DNA from: Selaginella moellendorffii
Lineage: Eukaryota; Plantae; Lycopodiophyta
Assembly: GCF_000143415.4 (NCBI RefSeq)
Contig: NW_003314322.1
Span: 807,430-871,429 of the forward strand
Direction: 5' to 3'
DNA: 64,000 bases
Part shown: positions 25,550-39,168 of the stretch, in pieces
Numbering within the stretch: position 1 is the stretch's first letter
How the letters are laid out: every line of letters begins with the position of its first letter
Notes under the pieces: model-generated
What the model was told of the DNA's origin: nothing
Seen by the model: the letters and a program-made list of their open reading frames with translations, nothing else
The model's database searches: none
Program-made: the position numbers and the translations under genes

Positions 25550-28500
25550 GAGTAACGAGTCCTACGTTGACGGTCAAAGGGCAAGATAATATTTAAATAA
25601 AAGTAGCATTCATAAAGAAGAGAGCATTGTCCTGTGCAAAGGATAAGGTGCTCCAATTAAAATTGTTAACCTTTGGAGGCCAAGCTTTATGATTATTAAA
25701 CAAAGCTGCTCTCATATAGCAATGTTAGTTACCATTAGGGACACCCTCTTTGCTCTACCCTAGAGCATAGATGTGCAAAATTGGTTGAATAGCCAAAGCA
25801 TTTGAACGATGTGGCTTGTGATAAGTAATGATAAGTATAAAAACTATGTAATAACTTTTATAAATTATTATGCCTACAAAGGAATCTTGGTTAATTTAAA
25901 TTTGTTACTCTATTTTAATAGATGAAACTTGCCTTAAGGCAAAGTTCCATTACACCATGATCATTCTCCACCATTGCTAAAGGAATGAGAATTGCTATGT
26001 ATTATAGAATATATAATGTATTAGAAAAGTGAACAAGTCTAGCTTTCTACAACAAACAACCATGGTCCATGTGTTCCTACTTTGATGCTTGATACAAGAA
26101 AAAAAAGGAGAAAAATAAGAGTCTAGAGCAAAGAAAAACATATAGACCTAAGTGCGATCACTTGAGGTTGTCACCCCAAGTTATAGTGGAATGAATCTGT
26201 GTCAGTCTCAAACATGGACTCACTCTAGGATCTTAGTGTAAAAAAAAATTAGAGATTCCAAATTGACACCCATACTACAAACAAAAGAAAGGGTAAAAAA
26301 GGGAGAAGCCAAAATTATGGCTGACAACTTACCCTAATAGTCTTGGCTCTATAGAAACAATGGGATTTTTTTCTTGCTCAATGGGGCAGCATAAATGTTA
26401 GACAAAGCCTCAACTTCTCTTCCACCACAAGTTAATGCAAAGGAAACTAAGTAGATGATGCTTATGGTACCTTCTTGCTATAACAAATCCCATCCATTGG
26501 ATGAGCTGCTTTGAGAGTTTACCTAGCTTGGACCACACTGACAACTTATAGAGCAGAGGAAGAAGTGATGCCTAAACTATGGATCTCAAAGGTGGTAATA
26601 AATCAAAATTGAAATTGTAGTACTAGAACCTATAAAATAGTTAGACTATATAAGCTTCATAACCTATAAAACTTTGTTAAACTTTGTAATAAAAAAGAAT
26701 TTTACCTTCTTGACCATGGTCATCCTTAGAAAGGGCAAGATCATCCACAAATAAGAGAGAGAATAACACTTATAGGGAGGAGAGTATTGTTCTATGAGAG
26801 GGATAGGGATCTTGAATCAAAGTTGAAGTGGAAGTTGATCTTTATGATTATTAAATAAAATTAGTCTCATCTAGCAATGCTAACTACCATTAGGACATCC
26901 TCTTTGCTCCATCCTAGTGCAATGATATGCAAGACTGGCTAAATAGCCAAAGCACTTATGTGACAAGCACATTTTATGATAAGCTATGTGAAAGCATAAA
27001 AAGTCATGTGATAACTTGTATAAATTATTATATCAAGCCAATCCTCTAAATGAATCTTGTTTAATTGAAATTTGTTACTCTATTCTAAAGGATGAAGCTT
27101 GTTTGAGATAAAAACTCTATTGTGCCATGATCATCCTCCTCTACTGTTGAAAAAGTGAGAATGGCCATGTATCACAGGATATATAACATCTTAGAAAAGA
27201 GAATAAGCTTGGCTTTCTAAAATAGTTAACCGTAATCTTTGTGTTCCCACTTCAATGCCTAATAAAGGAAAAAAGGAGAAAAACAAGAGTGTAGAGTGAA
27301 GCAAAGTGTACATACTTGATGTGATCACCCAAGGATTGTCACCTTGGCTGTAGTGGAATAATCCTAAACATGGACTCACTCTAAGATCTTTCTATAAAAA
27401 AAAAATTAGAGATTGCAAATCCATGCCCAGACTACAAACAAAAGAAGTGGTAAAAAAGGGGGAAAAATAAGGAGCCAAATTGCAATTAATAACTTATATT
27501 GATAGTTTTGGCTCCATGGAAAAGATGACACTTTTTTCATGCTCGATGAAGCAACATAAATGTTGGATGATCCATAACTTTTCTTTCCAAAGCCACATAA
27601 TAAATTTATACCAAATATTAATGTAAAGTAAACTATGTAGCCAATGCTTATATTACCTTCTTGCTATAACATTGCTTATATTTAGATTCCATCCACTAGA
27701 TGAGTTGCTTTGAGAGCCTGTCTAGCTTGGACCAAACTGACAATTCATAAAGCAAAAGAACCAATGATGCCCAAGCTAGATCTACTTTTACAAAATGTAA
27801 TGGGGGCAACTAATTACCACTGCAAAAAATGTGAACTATATTGATGGATAATCCCGCATTAATGGAGATGATGTAGCTCTAACACCCACTATGACCTATG
27901 TGAAGTATTGCTTCCTCTTGCTACAAAGGTAATCCATTAACTTTTTTGGACAATAGTTTGTATATAAAGCATGCATCCTACACTCGATAGTGCAGTGCCA
28001 AAGGAACAAATGCTGCTAGAACCAGTGTTATCATTATTATTGAAGCTAGTTTTTTTTGTAAAAATGGTGGAAGTGCTAGAGTCATAAGCATGTTGCAATA
28101 ATAAGCTTTTGGAGGCCACAACATCATTGTTTCTAAGCTCTTCTAAGTTGCTAGAGTTTTCCTCTTCAAGCAACACCAAGCTCTTATTAGCCACATCATC
28201 ACTAAAAAACTTCTTGGAAACCTCGTCTAGGCTTTCTTTAGCTGCCTCTAAGATATTTCCAACCATTAGTGAGTTGCTATTGTTGGCATCACCACCGTTT
28301 TCCCCATGCTCACACTATATATCTTGTCAAATCTGTCATGCAGAGTGACAAGTTCTTCCACCACCTCAACCCAAGCAGCATAGTAGTAGATGATGTTGAT
28401 GTGGCAAGTTTGTGCCATGCAAACAATTTTCTTGCAATGCAAACATCCATGTAACATATTAAAATAAGGTAGCAACCCACAAAGGGTGTACTATTACCTT

Positions 28501-30264
28501 AAAACATGATCAAGTTGAGAATGAGTTATATTCTTGTTAATAAAGATCATGATGGCATAAACTTGTCTATCCACTTTAAATAAACATTTCTAGATGTTGT
28601 TAGATGTGCTCAAGCTTAGGAAAAAAAAGGTATCAAGTCTTAATAGAAAAACAAATGGTATAATTATCAAGGCAGCTATAGATCTCAAAGTTAGTAAAAA
28701 ATTGAGACTAAAACCTTTGGAGGTTGTGACTTTGTAAGCTTACAACTTGTAAAACTTTGTAATGAGGAAGAATTTTACTTTCTTGGCCATGATCGTCTTT
28801 AGAAAAGGACAAAACTTGCATAAGGCAAAAGCACTTTTATGCCATGATCATCCTCCTTCCCCATTGAGAAAGTAAGAATGGCTATGTATCATATGATATA
28901 TGGTATCTTGGAAAAAAGAATAAGCTTAACTCTCTATAATAATCAAATATAGTTTTTATGCTCCCAATTTAGTGCCTAATATAGGAGAAAATAAAAAAAA
29001 CAAGAGTGTAGAGTGAAGCAAAGTATACATATTTAAGTGTGATCACTCAAGTATTGTCATCTTAGGTTGTAGTGGAATAAATTTGTATCAGTGGACATGG
29101 ACTCACTCTAGGATCTCGCTATAAAGAAAAATAAAGATTTGAAATCCACATCTAGACTATAAATAAAAGAAAGAGTAAAAAAGTGGAAAACAAAAAAAGC
29201 CAAATTGCAATCAATACTTTACCCTAATAGTCTTGGCTCCATAGAAATGATAACACTATTTTCTTGCTCAACAAGGCAACATAAATGTTGGATAAGCTTT
29301 GGCTTCTTTTTATAGAGCCACATAATGGATTTACTAAAAATTAATGCAAAGCAAACTATATAACTAATGCTCATACTACCTTCCTAACATTACTCTTATT
29401 TAGATCCCATCCACAAGATGAGTTGCTTTGAAAACCTACCCAACTTGAATTAAATTAATAACTCATAGAGTAAAAGTAGTGATGCCTAAGTTACCTAGCT
29501 TTGAGAGCTTGCCCAACTTGGACCACACTGATAATGCATAGAATGGAGGAAGGAGGGGAGCAATGATGCTTGAACTAGATCTACTTTTATAAAATGTAGT
29601 GGGGGCAACCAATCACTTCCACATCTAAGAATGTGAACCATATTAATGGATAATCTTGTACTCATGGAGATGTAGTGCCAACACCCCCTTTGACTTGTGT
29701 GAAAAGAGAGTGTGCTATTTCCTCCTGCTGCAAAGATGGTTTATCAATTTTTTGGGATAATATTCTATCTGTATATAAAGCATGCATCCTACATATAGTG
29801 CAGTGCCAAAGGAACCAATGCTATTGAAACCAATATTGCTAGAGCTGATTTTGCTTGTAGAAATGGATAAAGTCATAAGTATATTATAGTAACAAGCTTT
29901 TGAAGATCACATCATTATTGTATTTCGGCTCCTCCAGGCTACTAGAGTTGTTTTCCTCAAGTAGCACCAAGGTCTCTATAGTTATATTGTTATTGAAATT
30001 TTTCTTGGAAACCTCATCTATGTTGCCTTTGAGATGCAACCACTAATGAGCTACTATTATTGACATCACCGTTATTTTCTTCCACACTCACACCATATGC
30101 CTTGTTAGGATTGTTATATTGAGTAACAAATTCTTCCACCCTTCTCAACCTAGGCAGTATGGTAGCAGATGACATTGATGTGGTAAGTTTATACCATATA
30201 AATAGTTTCTTTGTAGCACAAACACATATGTAATATGCTGAAATTCTATAGCAACTTACAAAAG

Positions 30265-32287
30265 TGTAAGCCCTTGAATTTAGACTTCTTATAATGTCAC
30301 CCAACCTAATACTACTCAAACCAAAGGTTAACCCCAAGTACCCTAAAACCCTTAACCGATGGAAAAATGTGGTGCACTTTTATTCATATACCTTTTCCTT
30401 TTACCTTTGTGAATAATTTTTCAATTCGTTCTTTTTGGTTGCTTGCAATCTACCATTTTTCCTTGCAAGTTTATACCTTTGCGAATAAAAGTTGAAAGTT
30501 GCATTTCTTTCAAGAACCTCACTCTCTTGACACTTTATCCCTTGAGTTAATAAATATATATGTACATTTCTAATGTCCCTTAGGGACAAAAAAGTATACT
30601 ATAAAACTTAATTGAAATTCTCTTGAACATGGAAGTCTCAGTGTTGATCATGGTCCCTCTGCCTCCCAAATGACTCCTTTGCAAAGCTAAAGCCACCCAC
30701 TATACCCTAGGGAATGCAAGACTCTTTAGGCACTCTTCCTCTCAATTGCCAAGATATTGAGCCATTTTTCGTCCAATCAGCTTCTTTTGTCGCTAATGTG
30801 ACTTCAAGTATCAAAAGGACTAGCTAACAGGTAACTTTTGATACCCGAAGTTACATTTGTGACATCTTTGAAGCCACATCATGATGAACTTTACCTACCT
30901 TGGAGCGTGACCCTCCTCTAATATAAACTACTAAAGCGTGCATCCTATTCATGAAGATGCTCTAGACCACTTCAATATGTGCCCCATCCTTGAAAGAACC
31001 TAGGCTGTCCATGCAAACCCCCTCGATTGGAGTATTACAACAACAAAATCCCAAAGATCTCTATTATGCAACTCTATGTCAATCTAACCCAACATCCAAG
31101 CAATCAAGCAAAACGAGAGTGATATAATATTGATGCAACCACCCTCCATTGTGGTGACAACAAGTTTTGCCACTAGATCCACAAATTTCCCAAAGTCCTC
31201 TCACTTATGTCCATGAAGAATATTTTGAATGTGCCAAGAGAGAAATTTTTGAACTATACAGTAAAGAAAACATCACTGAGCCATGACACTAGCACCAAAG
31301 ATCCTCCAACCTATAGCTTCTATACCCTCAAACAACTCTAGCCACCATTATAGCAAAGCCTAAGGTGAGGAATCTTGAGACTTTGAGATCAATTGCCATG
31401 CGTTTCCATTGGTCAATTGCCATATCGATTTGTAAAATGTAACAATTTATGGGTATTAGGGTAGAAACCCTCATGCCAAATCTTGAATTGAGCTTCTAAG
31501 GGGATGTAAACAGTCAGTTATCCCTTTGTGAACTTTCATGCTGAAATTCACAGTCAATCTAAAGTTATGAGCCCTAAAAGACTAGAAACCAAGCAAAGAG
31601 TGGAAGAAAGGGAGGAGAAGAGAGAAAAGAGATAGAGTGATGTTGTTGAAACTATAGAGTTACTATTAGCCCTTTCTTCTCCTTCAGATCTTCCTAACCT
31701 ACAAAACCCTAGCCACCACACCTAGAACCCTAACCTTGGCCACAGCTAGGGTTAGCAAGATCTCTAGATTCATGGCAAATCTTGTTGTGTTATTGTAGGA
31801 GAATGTGAAGCTCCCCAGCCGTTTGAAAAAAATTGAAATCCAAAAGTGAAAAAACTTTTTTCAAAAAAGGAGGAAAGATGAGAGTCATGTTTGATGCTGT
31901 TGCAACATGTGTGTTGTTACTACCATCTTCCATACTCCCTCCCTCACTCTTCACTCCTCACTCTCCCCCCCCTCTCTCTCTCTCTCTAACACCTTCAAAC
32001 TTGCTCCTCACTTAGAATTTTTTCCTACCCCTTGGGTTAGCCAGACCAAACTAATATGTGGTGTAATTACCCTAGCCAACCAATAGAGTTGGACTTGAAA
32101 CCTATTTTTTATACCAAATGTAACCTTCTAAATTTAGACTTTCAAAGAGGTCACCCAAATTAGTACTACTCAAACCCAAAAAACATTTATCCTAAAACTT
32201 TTAAACTATTGGAAATAAAAGGTACACTTTTATCCATTTCCCTTTATATTTAAACCTTATAGATTGTTTCTCATGTTTGGTTGCTTA
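30265..32287 (-). mobile_element. Small degenerate LTR-retroelement-like insertion splitting kinase unit C
   Basis: Direct repeats of about 170-180 bp at 30265-30445 and 32119-32287, both beginning tgtaa.c...aatttagactt. On the minus strand the right-hand repeat ends ..TTACA, followed by TT-TGGTAT (PBS-like). Host unit sequence resumes on either side. No recognisable gag/pol. Confidence 0.6.
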
Positions 32288-35200
32288 TAAAGGGTTGTAA
32301 TGTTAATTTAGACTACTATCAATTTGAGAATGAGTCATAGTCTTGTTGATAAAGATCTTCTTGATGGCATAAACTTGTCTATCCACTTTAGATAGATACT
32401 TCCAAACACTGCCAAATGCATTTGAGCCTAAGAAAAAAAAAAGGTATCAAGTCCTAGGAGAAAAAAAAAGTATTAAGTCCCAGAAAAAAAAAAGAGGCAT
32501 AATCACCAAGGTAGCCTTGGATATCAAAGTTGGTAATAAACCAAGATTGAAACCATGGTACTGAAGGCTATGACTATGCAGGCTTCATAACCTATAAAAC
32601 CTTCTAAATCTTTGTAAAAAAAAAAAGAATTTTATTTTCTTGGCTATAGTCATCCTTAGAAAGGGCAAGATCATTTGCAAACAAAAGAGTAACATTCACA
32701 AAGTGGAGAGCATTGCCCTACAAGAAAGATAAGAAGCTTGAATTAAAATCATCAATCTTTGAAAGCCAAACCTTATGATTATCAACAAAATTACTCTCAC
32801 CTAGCAATGCCAGTTGCCATTGGGGATGCCCTCTTTGCTCTACCCTAGAGCAAAGATGCATAAGACCAACTGAACAGCCAAAGCACCTAGACGATATAGC
32901 ATGCGATAAGCAATGATAAGCTATATAATAAGTATAAAAGCTATATAAAAAGTCATAAAAGTTATTATGTCCATTGCTCCACAATCATTCTCCTCCACTA
33001 TTGAAAGAATGAGAATGTCCATATATCATAGGATATATGGCATTCTAAAATAGAGAAGCTTGGCTCTTTACAACAATCAACTATGGTTTTTGTGCTCCCA
33101 TTGTAATGCCTAATATAATAGAAAAGGAGAAAAACAAGAGTCTAGAATAAAGGAAAGCATGCATACCTAAATGTGATCACTCAAGGATTGTCACTCTAGG
33201 CTATAGTGAAATAAATCGGTATACATGGACTCACTCTAGGATCTCATTGTAAAACCATAATAGAGATTCCATATCTATGCCTAGACTACAAAAAGAAGAA
33301 GTAGTAAAAAAAAGGGAAAGAATAAAAGCTAAATTGCTACCAAAAACTTACCTTGATAATCCATACTCCATGAAAATAATGAGATATTTTTTTTGCTTGA
33401 TAGGGTACCATAAATGTTGGATGAGCCTGGACTTCTCTTCCCAAAGCTATACAATGGACTTGTACCACAGATTAATGTAAAGCAAATTAAGTAGACAATG
33501 GTCATGGTACCTTTTTGCTATAACATTGCTCATATTTAAATCCCATTCACTAGATTAACTGCTTTGAGAGCCTACCTAGCTTGGACCAATTTGACAATTC
33601 ATAAAGTGGAGGAAGTAGTGATGCCCAAGCTAACTAGCTTTAAGAGCCTACCCAACTTAGACCACACTAATGACTCATAGAATGGAGGAAGAAGGGAAAA
33701 AGTGATGCCCAAGCCAGATCTACTTCTACAAAATGCAATGGGGGTGACTAATCACTACTATATCTAGGAATGTAAGCCATATTGAGGGATAATCCTGTGT
33801 TTATGGAGATAATGTAATACCAACACCCATCATGACATATATGAAGAGAGAGCATGCTATTTCATCCTATTGTAAAGGTAGTTTATCAATTTTTTTGGAC
33901 AATACTCCATCTATATATAGAGCATACACTTAGTGGTGCTATGTTAAAGGAACCAATGTTGCTAGAACCAATGTTGTTGTTATTGCTAGAGCCAATTTTA
34001 CTTGTAGAAATAGTGAAAGTGCTAGAGTTATAAGCATATTGTAATAGTAAGCTTTTGGAGGCCATATCATCATTGTCTTTGGGCTCCTCAAGTTGCTAGA
34101 GTTGTCCTCCTCAAACAACACTAAACTCTCAACAGTTGCATTATCATTGAAAATCTATTTGGAAACCTTATCTAAGCCTTCTTTAGTTGCTTTCAAAATG
34201 CCTCCTACCACTAGTGAGTTGCTAAAGTTGGCATTACCATCATTTTCCTCTATGCTCACACTAGGTGCTTTGTTTAGGTTGTCATGTGGAGTGATAAATT
34301 CTTCCATCACCTTCTCAACCCAAGTAATTTAGTAGCGAATGATGTTGATGTGGCAAGTTTGTGCAATGCAAATGGTTTCCTTGCAATGCAAACAAATAAA
34401 ATAAAGTAGCAACCCACAAAGGGTGTAATACTACCTCAGAACACAATCAATCTAAGAATGAGTCATACTTTGGTTGACAAAGATCTTCTTGATAGCATAA
34501 ACTTGTCTATTCACTTTAGATAAACACTTCCAAATGTTGCCGGATGTGCCTGAGCCTAAGAAAAAAATAAAGGTATCAAATCCGAAGAGAAAAAAAGAGG
34601 TATAATCACCAACCTTAGATCTCAAAGTCGGTAACAAACTAGGATTGAAACTATGGTACTGGAGGCTGTGACTATGCAAACTTCACAACTTATAAAACCT
34701 TATAAATCCTTGTAATAAAAAAGAATTTTACCTTCTTGGCCTTAGTCGTTCTTAAAAAGGGTAAGATCATTCATAAACAAGATATTAACATTTATAAAGA
34801 AGGCATTGTCCTATGAGAAGGATAAGAAGCTTGAATCAAAATCATCAATCTTTGGAGGATAAACTTTATGATTATTAAATAAAGTTACTCTCACCTAGCA
34901 ATGCCAACTACTATTAATGATGCCCTTTTTGCTCCACCCTAGAGCAAAGATGTGTAAGACTGGTAGAATAGCCAAAGCATATGAACAATGTGGCACATAA
35001 TAAGCACCTTTTATGATAAGCTATGTAATAAGTATAAAAGCTATAAAAGAAGTTATATAAGTTATTATGTAAAGCCAAGCTTGCAAATGAATCTTGTTTA
35101 ATGTAAACTTATTACTTTATTCTAAAAGACGAAGCTTGCTTGAGACAAAAGCTCTATTGTGCCATAATTATCCTCCTCCAGTGTTGAAAGAGTGAAAATG

Positions 35201-37813
35201 TCTATGTATCATAAGATATACAATATTCTAAAATAGAGAAGCCTAGCTCTCTCTAACAGTCAATTATCATTTTTGTGCTCCCACTTTGGTGTCTAATATA
35301 GTAGAAAAGGAGAAAAACAAAAGTCTAGAGTGAACCAAAGCATACATACTTGAATATAATCACCCAAGGATTGTTACACTAAGCTATAGTGGAATAAATT
35401 TATGTTAATCCCAAACATGGACTCACTTTAGGATCTTGTTGTAAAACAAAAACAAAGATTCCAAAACTATGCCTAGAGTATAAATAGAAGAAGAAGTAAA
35501 AAAGGGAGAAAAAAAAAAGCCAAATTGCTACTGACAACTTGAAATAATGGAATTTTTTTCTTGCTCGACAAGGTAGCATAAATGTTAGATGAGCCTTGGC
35601 TTTTCTTCCTAAAGCCATACAGTGGACTTGTACCACAAATTAATGCAAAACAAATTAAATAGATGATGCTTATAATATCTTGTTGTACCATTGCTCCCAT
35701 CCAAATCCCATCTATTGATGAGTTCTTTTGAGAGTCTACCTAGCTTGGACCAAATTGATGACTTATAGAATGGAAGAAGTAATGATGCCCAAACTAGCTA
35801 ACTTTGAGAGCATGCCTAACTTGGACCACACTGATGACTTATAGAGTGGAAGAAGAAAGGAAACAATGATGCCCAAGTTAAATATACTTCTACAAAATGC
35901 AGTGGGGATGACCAATCACCACTATATCTAGGAATGTGAACCATGTTCATTAATAATCCTATACTCATGGAAATAATGCAATGCTAACACCCACTATGAT
36001 CTATGTGAAGAGAAGTCCATTAACTATTTTGGACAATACTCCATTTGTATATAAAAAATGTGTCCTACACTTAGTGGTGTAGTGCCAAAGGAACCAATGC
36101 TGCTAAAACTAATGTTGTTGTTGCTACTAGAGCCAATTTTGCTTGTAAAAATGGTGGAATTACCAAAGTCGTAAGCATGTTGTAGTAGCAAGCTTTTGGA
36201 GGCCACACAATCATTGTCTTTGGGCTCCTCTAAGTTGCTAAAGTTGTTTTCCTCAAGCAGCATTAAGCTCTCAATGCATTTATTATCATTGAAAAGGTTT
36301 TTGGAAATTTCATTTAGACCTTCTTTATTTGCCTCCAAGATGCTTCCAACCACTAGTGAGTTGCTATTGTTAGCATCACCACTATTTTCCTCCACACTCA
36401 CACCATGTGCTTTGTTGAGGTTGTCATGCAGAGTGACAAGTTCTTCCACCACCTTCTCAACCTAGCAATAAAGTAGTGGATGACATTGATGTGGCAAGTT
36501 TGTGTTATATAAATAGTTTTTTTATAATACAAACATGCATATAACATGCTTAAAATAAAGTAGCAATGCACAAAGGGTGTAATGTTACTTTAGAACACAA
36601 TCAATCTGAGAATAAGTCATGTCTTCTTCATAGTGTAAATTTATCTATCCACTTTAGATAGACACTTTCAAATGCTACCAGATATACTTGAGCCTGAAAA
36701 GAAAAAGGTATCAAGTCCTAGGAGACAAAAAGAGGCACAATCACCAAAGTGGCTGTGGATTTGAAAGTCAATAACAAACCAAAACTGAAACCATAATACT
36801 GAAGGCTGTGATTGTACGCTTCATAGCTTATAAAACTTTGTAAATCCTTGTAATGAAGAAAATTTTTACCAATCCTTAGAAAGGGCAAGATTATTTACAA
36901 ACAAGAGAGCAACATCCACAAAGTGGAGAGCATTGTCCTGTGAGGATAAAAAGAGCTCAAATCAAAATCATCAATCTTTGGAAGCTAAACTTTACGATTA
37001 TTAAACAAAGTTTTTCGTAATCATATTCATACAATTCATTAATCTGGATCTTAATTTGCTCTCCAGCTGCTATTGGGGATGCCCCCCTAGAGCAAAGACA
37101 CTAAGACCAGCTGAATAGTGAAAGTACCTGGATGATATAACACATGATAAACACCTTTAATGATAAGTTATGTAATAAATATAAAAGATATATAATAACT
37201 TCTATAAGTTATCATGTTAACCCAAGCCTATCTTGGTTGATCTAAACTCATTACTCTGAAAGCATGTATACATGAGTGCAATCACCTAAGGATTGTCACC
37301 CCGGGCTGTAGGGAAAAATTTGTGTCAATCCTTGACATGGGGATCTCAATCAGAGATTCCAAATTGATGCCTAAAGTACAAATAGAATAAAGGGTACAAA
37401 ACGGTGAAGTTAAATCATGACTCAAAACTTACTTTGATAGTCTTGGTTCTATGAAAACAATAAAACTTTTTTCTTGCTCAACAGAGAAGCATAAATGTTA
37501 GACAAGCTTAAGCTTCTCTTCTACCACAAGTTAATGCAAAATATATTTAATAAACAATGCTCATGATACCTTCTTGTTGTAACATTGGTCCCATCTAAAT
37601 CCCATCTACCAGTTGAGTTACTTTGAGAGTTTGCCTAGTTTGGACCACACTAAAGACTTATAAAGTGGAAAAGTAGTGATGCGCAAGCTGGCTGGCTTTG
37701 AAAGCGTGCCAACTTAAACTACACTAACAACTTAGAGAATGAAGGAAGTAAGATGCCTAAACTAGATTTACTTCTACAAAATGCAATGGGGGCAACTTAT
37801 CATTAGCAACATA

Positions 37814-37836
37814 TCTCTCTCTCTCTCTCTCTCTCT
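37814..37836. repeat. (CT)n microsatellite marking the right end of the kinase array
   Basis: tctctctctctctctctctctct. Confidence 0.9.
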
Positions 37837-38259
37837 AAATTGGTTCTGTCTTGACCTGCAAACCAGTCCAATCCACATCGCTGCGACCATGCCTCTGAAC
37901 AAAATGAGTACAGCACTTTGTAGCTCCTGTGAGAAAAAGAAAAGAAAACATATATACCAGCAAGCGACTATCTTTATTCGTCATCACAATGTGCTGAAAA
38001 ACTGCATGTTGGGGTTGATTCATCTTGTGCCATATCTTGGTTGCCTGCACAAGAAAAAGAAAAAAACGATATTTGGAAGCCATGAATGAAAAGTGCCGCT
38101 AGAGTCGCGCCTGAAATATACTCTACCTGTAAGACCGATGCAGCGCGCCATGGCAAAGCGATTGTTGATCCTGACGGTACAATGCTCATCTAGAGGTCCC
38201 TTTAGATCCCTTTTTGTCTCCTTTTTCTCCCCGCAGGACGAGAGAAACCCTAGAGAGCG

Positions 38260-39168
38260 ATGTTGAAAGCAGCAAAGCGCGAGAAGGTGTCACAGGATGT
38301 GGAAGGCCCCTACTGTAAGATCGGTGTGTCGTGTATGCAGGGATGGCGCTGGTTCATGGAGGATGCTCACGCCGTCCTTGCCGACCTTGACACTAGAGGT
38401 ATGGCATACGTGGGAGTCTTCGATTCCCACATCTCTCCAAGAGCAGCCCAGTTCTGCGCCCAAAACATGCATGCTCGCGTCCTAGATCGCTCTTCTCCCG
38501 ATGATCTCGACCTCGTCCTCCACAAGTCCTTCATGGACATGGATCGGGATTTCCGGGGCACCATAAAGGACCCATCGAATCCAGACTCGGTGTTTCGTGC
38601 CGGGGGCTGCACGGCCACGGTGCTGCTGCTGAGCGACCGCGGCACAAAGGTGACGGTGGCAGGTGTGGGCGATTGCCGGTGCGTGGCTTCCAGGGCCGGG
38701 ATGGCGGAAGAGCTGAGCCGGGATCACAAACCGGACCTCCCTGACGAGAGAGAGCGCATCGAGGCCGCGGGTGGCAGCGTTACTTTCGGACGGCTCAAGG
38801 ATCTCAACGTGAGCAGGGGCATCGGGGACTACCGCCTCAAGATCCCGGTCGACCTTCCGCCCGAGAGGCAGCAGCTGAGCGCAGCACCGGAGATCAGGGA
38901 GGCGAAGGTGGTTGGTGATCCGGGGATTGAGTTTGTGGTGGTTGCGTCGGATGGTGTTTGGGAGTGCCGATCCAGCCAGGAGGTGGTGGACTTTGTGCGT
39001 GGCAAGCTGATGGAGAGTGAGAGCCAAGGAGGGCCATTGGTATCAAGGATTTGCGAGGAGCTTATGGATTCTTGTGTTAAGGCTAAGAATCCCAAGGATA
39101 AGGACGAGCCAGGGACAACGGACAATATAACTATGGCCATCCTCGTTCCAGTGCCAGCACGCGTTTGA
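38260..39168 (+). CDS. Intronless protein phosphatase 2C (PPM1G/clade-I-like), divergent
   Basis: SCMQGWRWFMEDAH, VFDSH, GCTA, GDCRCV, LSRDHKP, LNVSRGIGDY, VASDGVWE, TTDNIT; 302 aa. Confidence 0.92.
   Translation: MLKAAKREKVSQDVEGPYCKIGVSCMQGWRWFMEDAHAVLADLDTRGMAYVGVFDSHISPRAAQFCAQNMHARVLDRSSPDDLDLVLHKSFMDMDRDFRGTIKDPSNPDSVFRAGGCTATVLLLSDRGTKVTVAGVGDCRCVASRAGMAEELSRDHKPDLPDERERIEAAGGSVTFGRLKDLNVSRGIGDYRLKIPVDLPPERQQLSAAPEIREAKVVGDPGIEFVVVASDGVWECRSSQEVVDFVRGKLMESESQGGPLVSRICEELMDSCVKAKNPKDKDEPGTTDNITMAILVPVPARV

Larger units (their letters stand above)
24600..37810 (-). repeat. Degenerate tandem array of a ~1.8-2.1 kb unit (kinase N-lobe to subdomain VIa plus ~1.2 kb non-kinase sequence), about 6 units
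   Basis: LYIQMEY-type marker at about 24760, 27955, 29765, 33905 and 36040. Gly-loop marker at about 25425, 28610, 32425, 34550 and 36690. catggactcactctaggatc at about 26214, 27370, 29096, 33224 and 35416, and degenerate at 37336. Confidence 0.9.

Noticed and set aside
24600-37810. Giant-virus (NCLDV) or baculovirus-PK2-like origin of the AT-rich kinase repeats
   Set aside because: The units contain spliceosomal-intron-like GT..AG segments, and their AT richness fits CG/CHG decay. No viral hallmark genes were seen.
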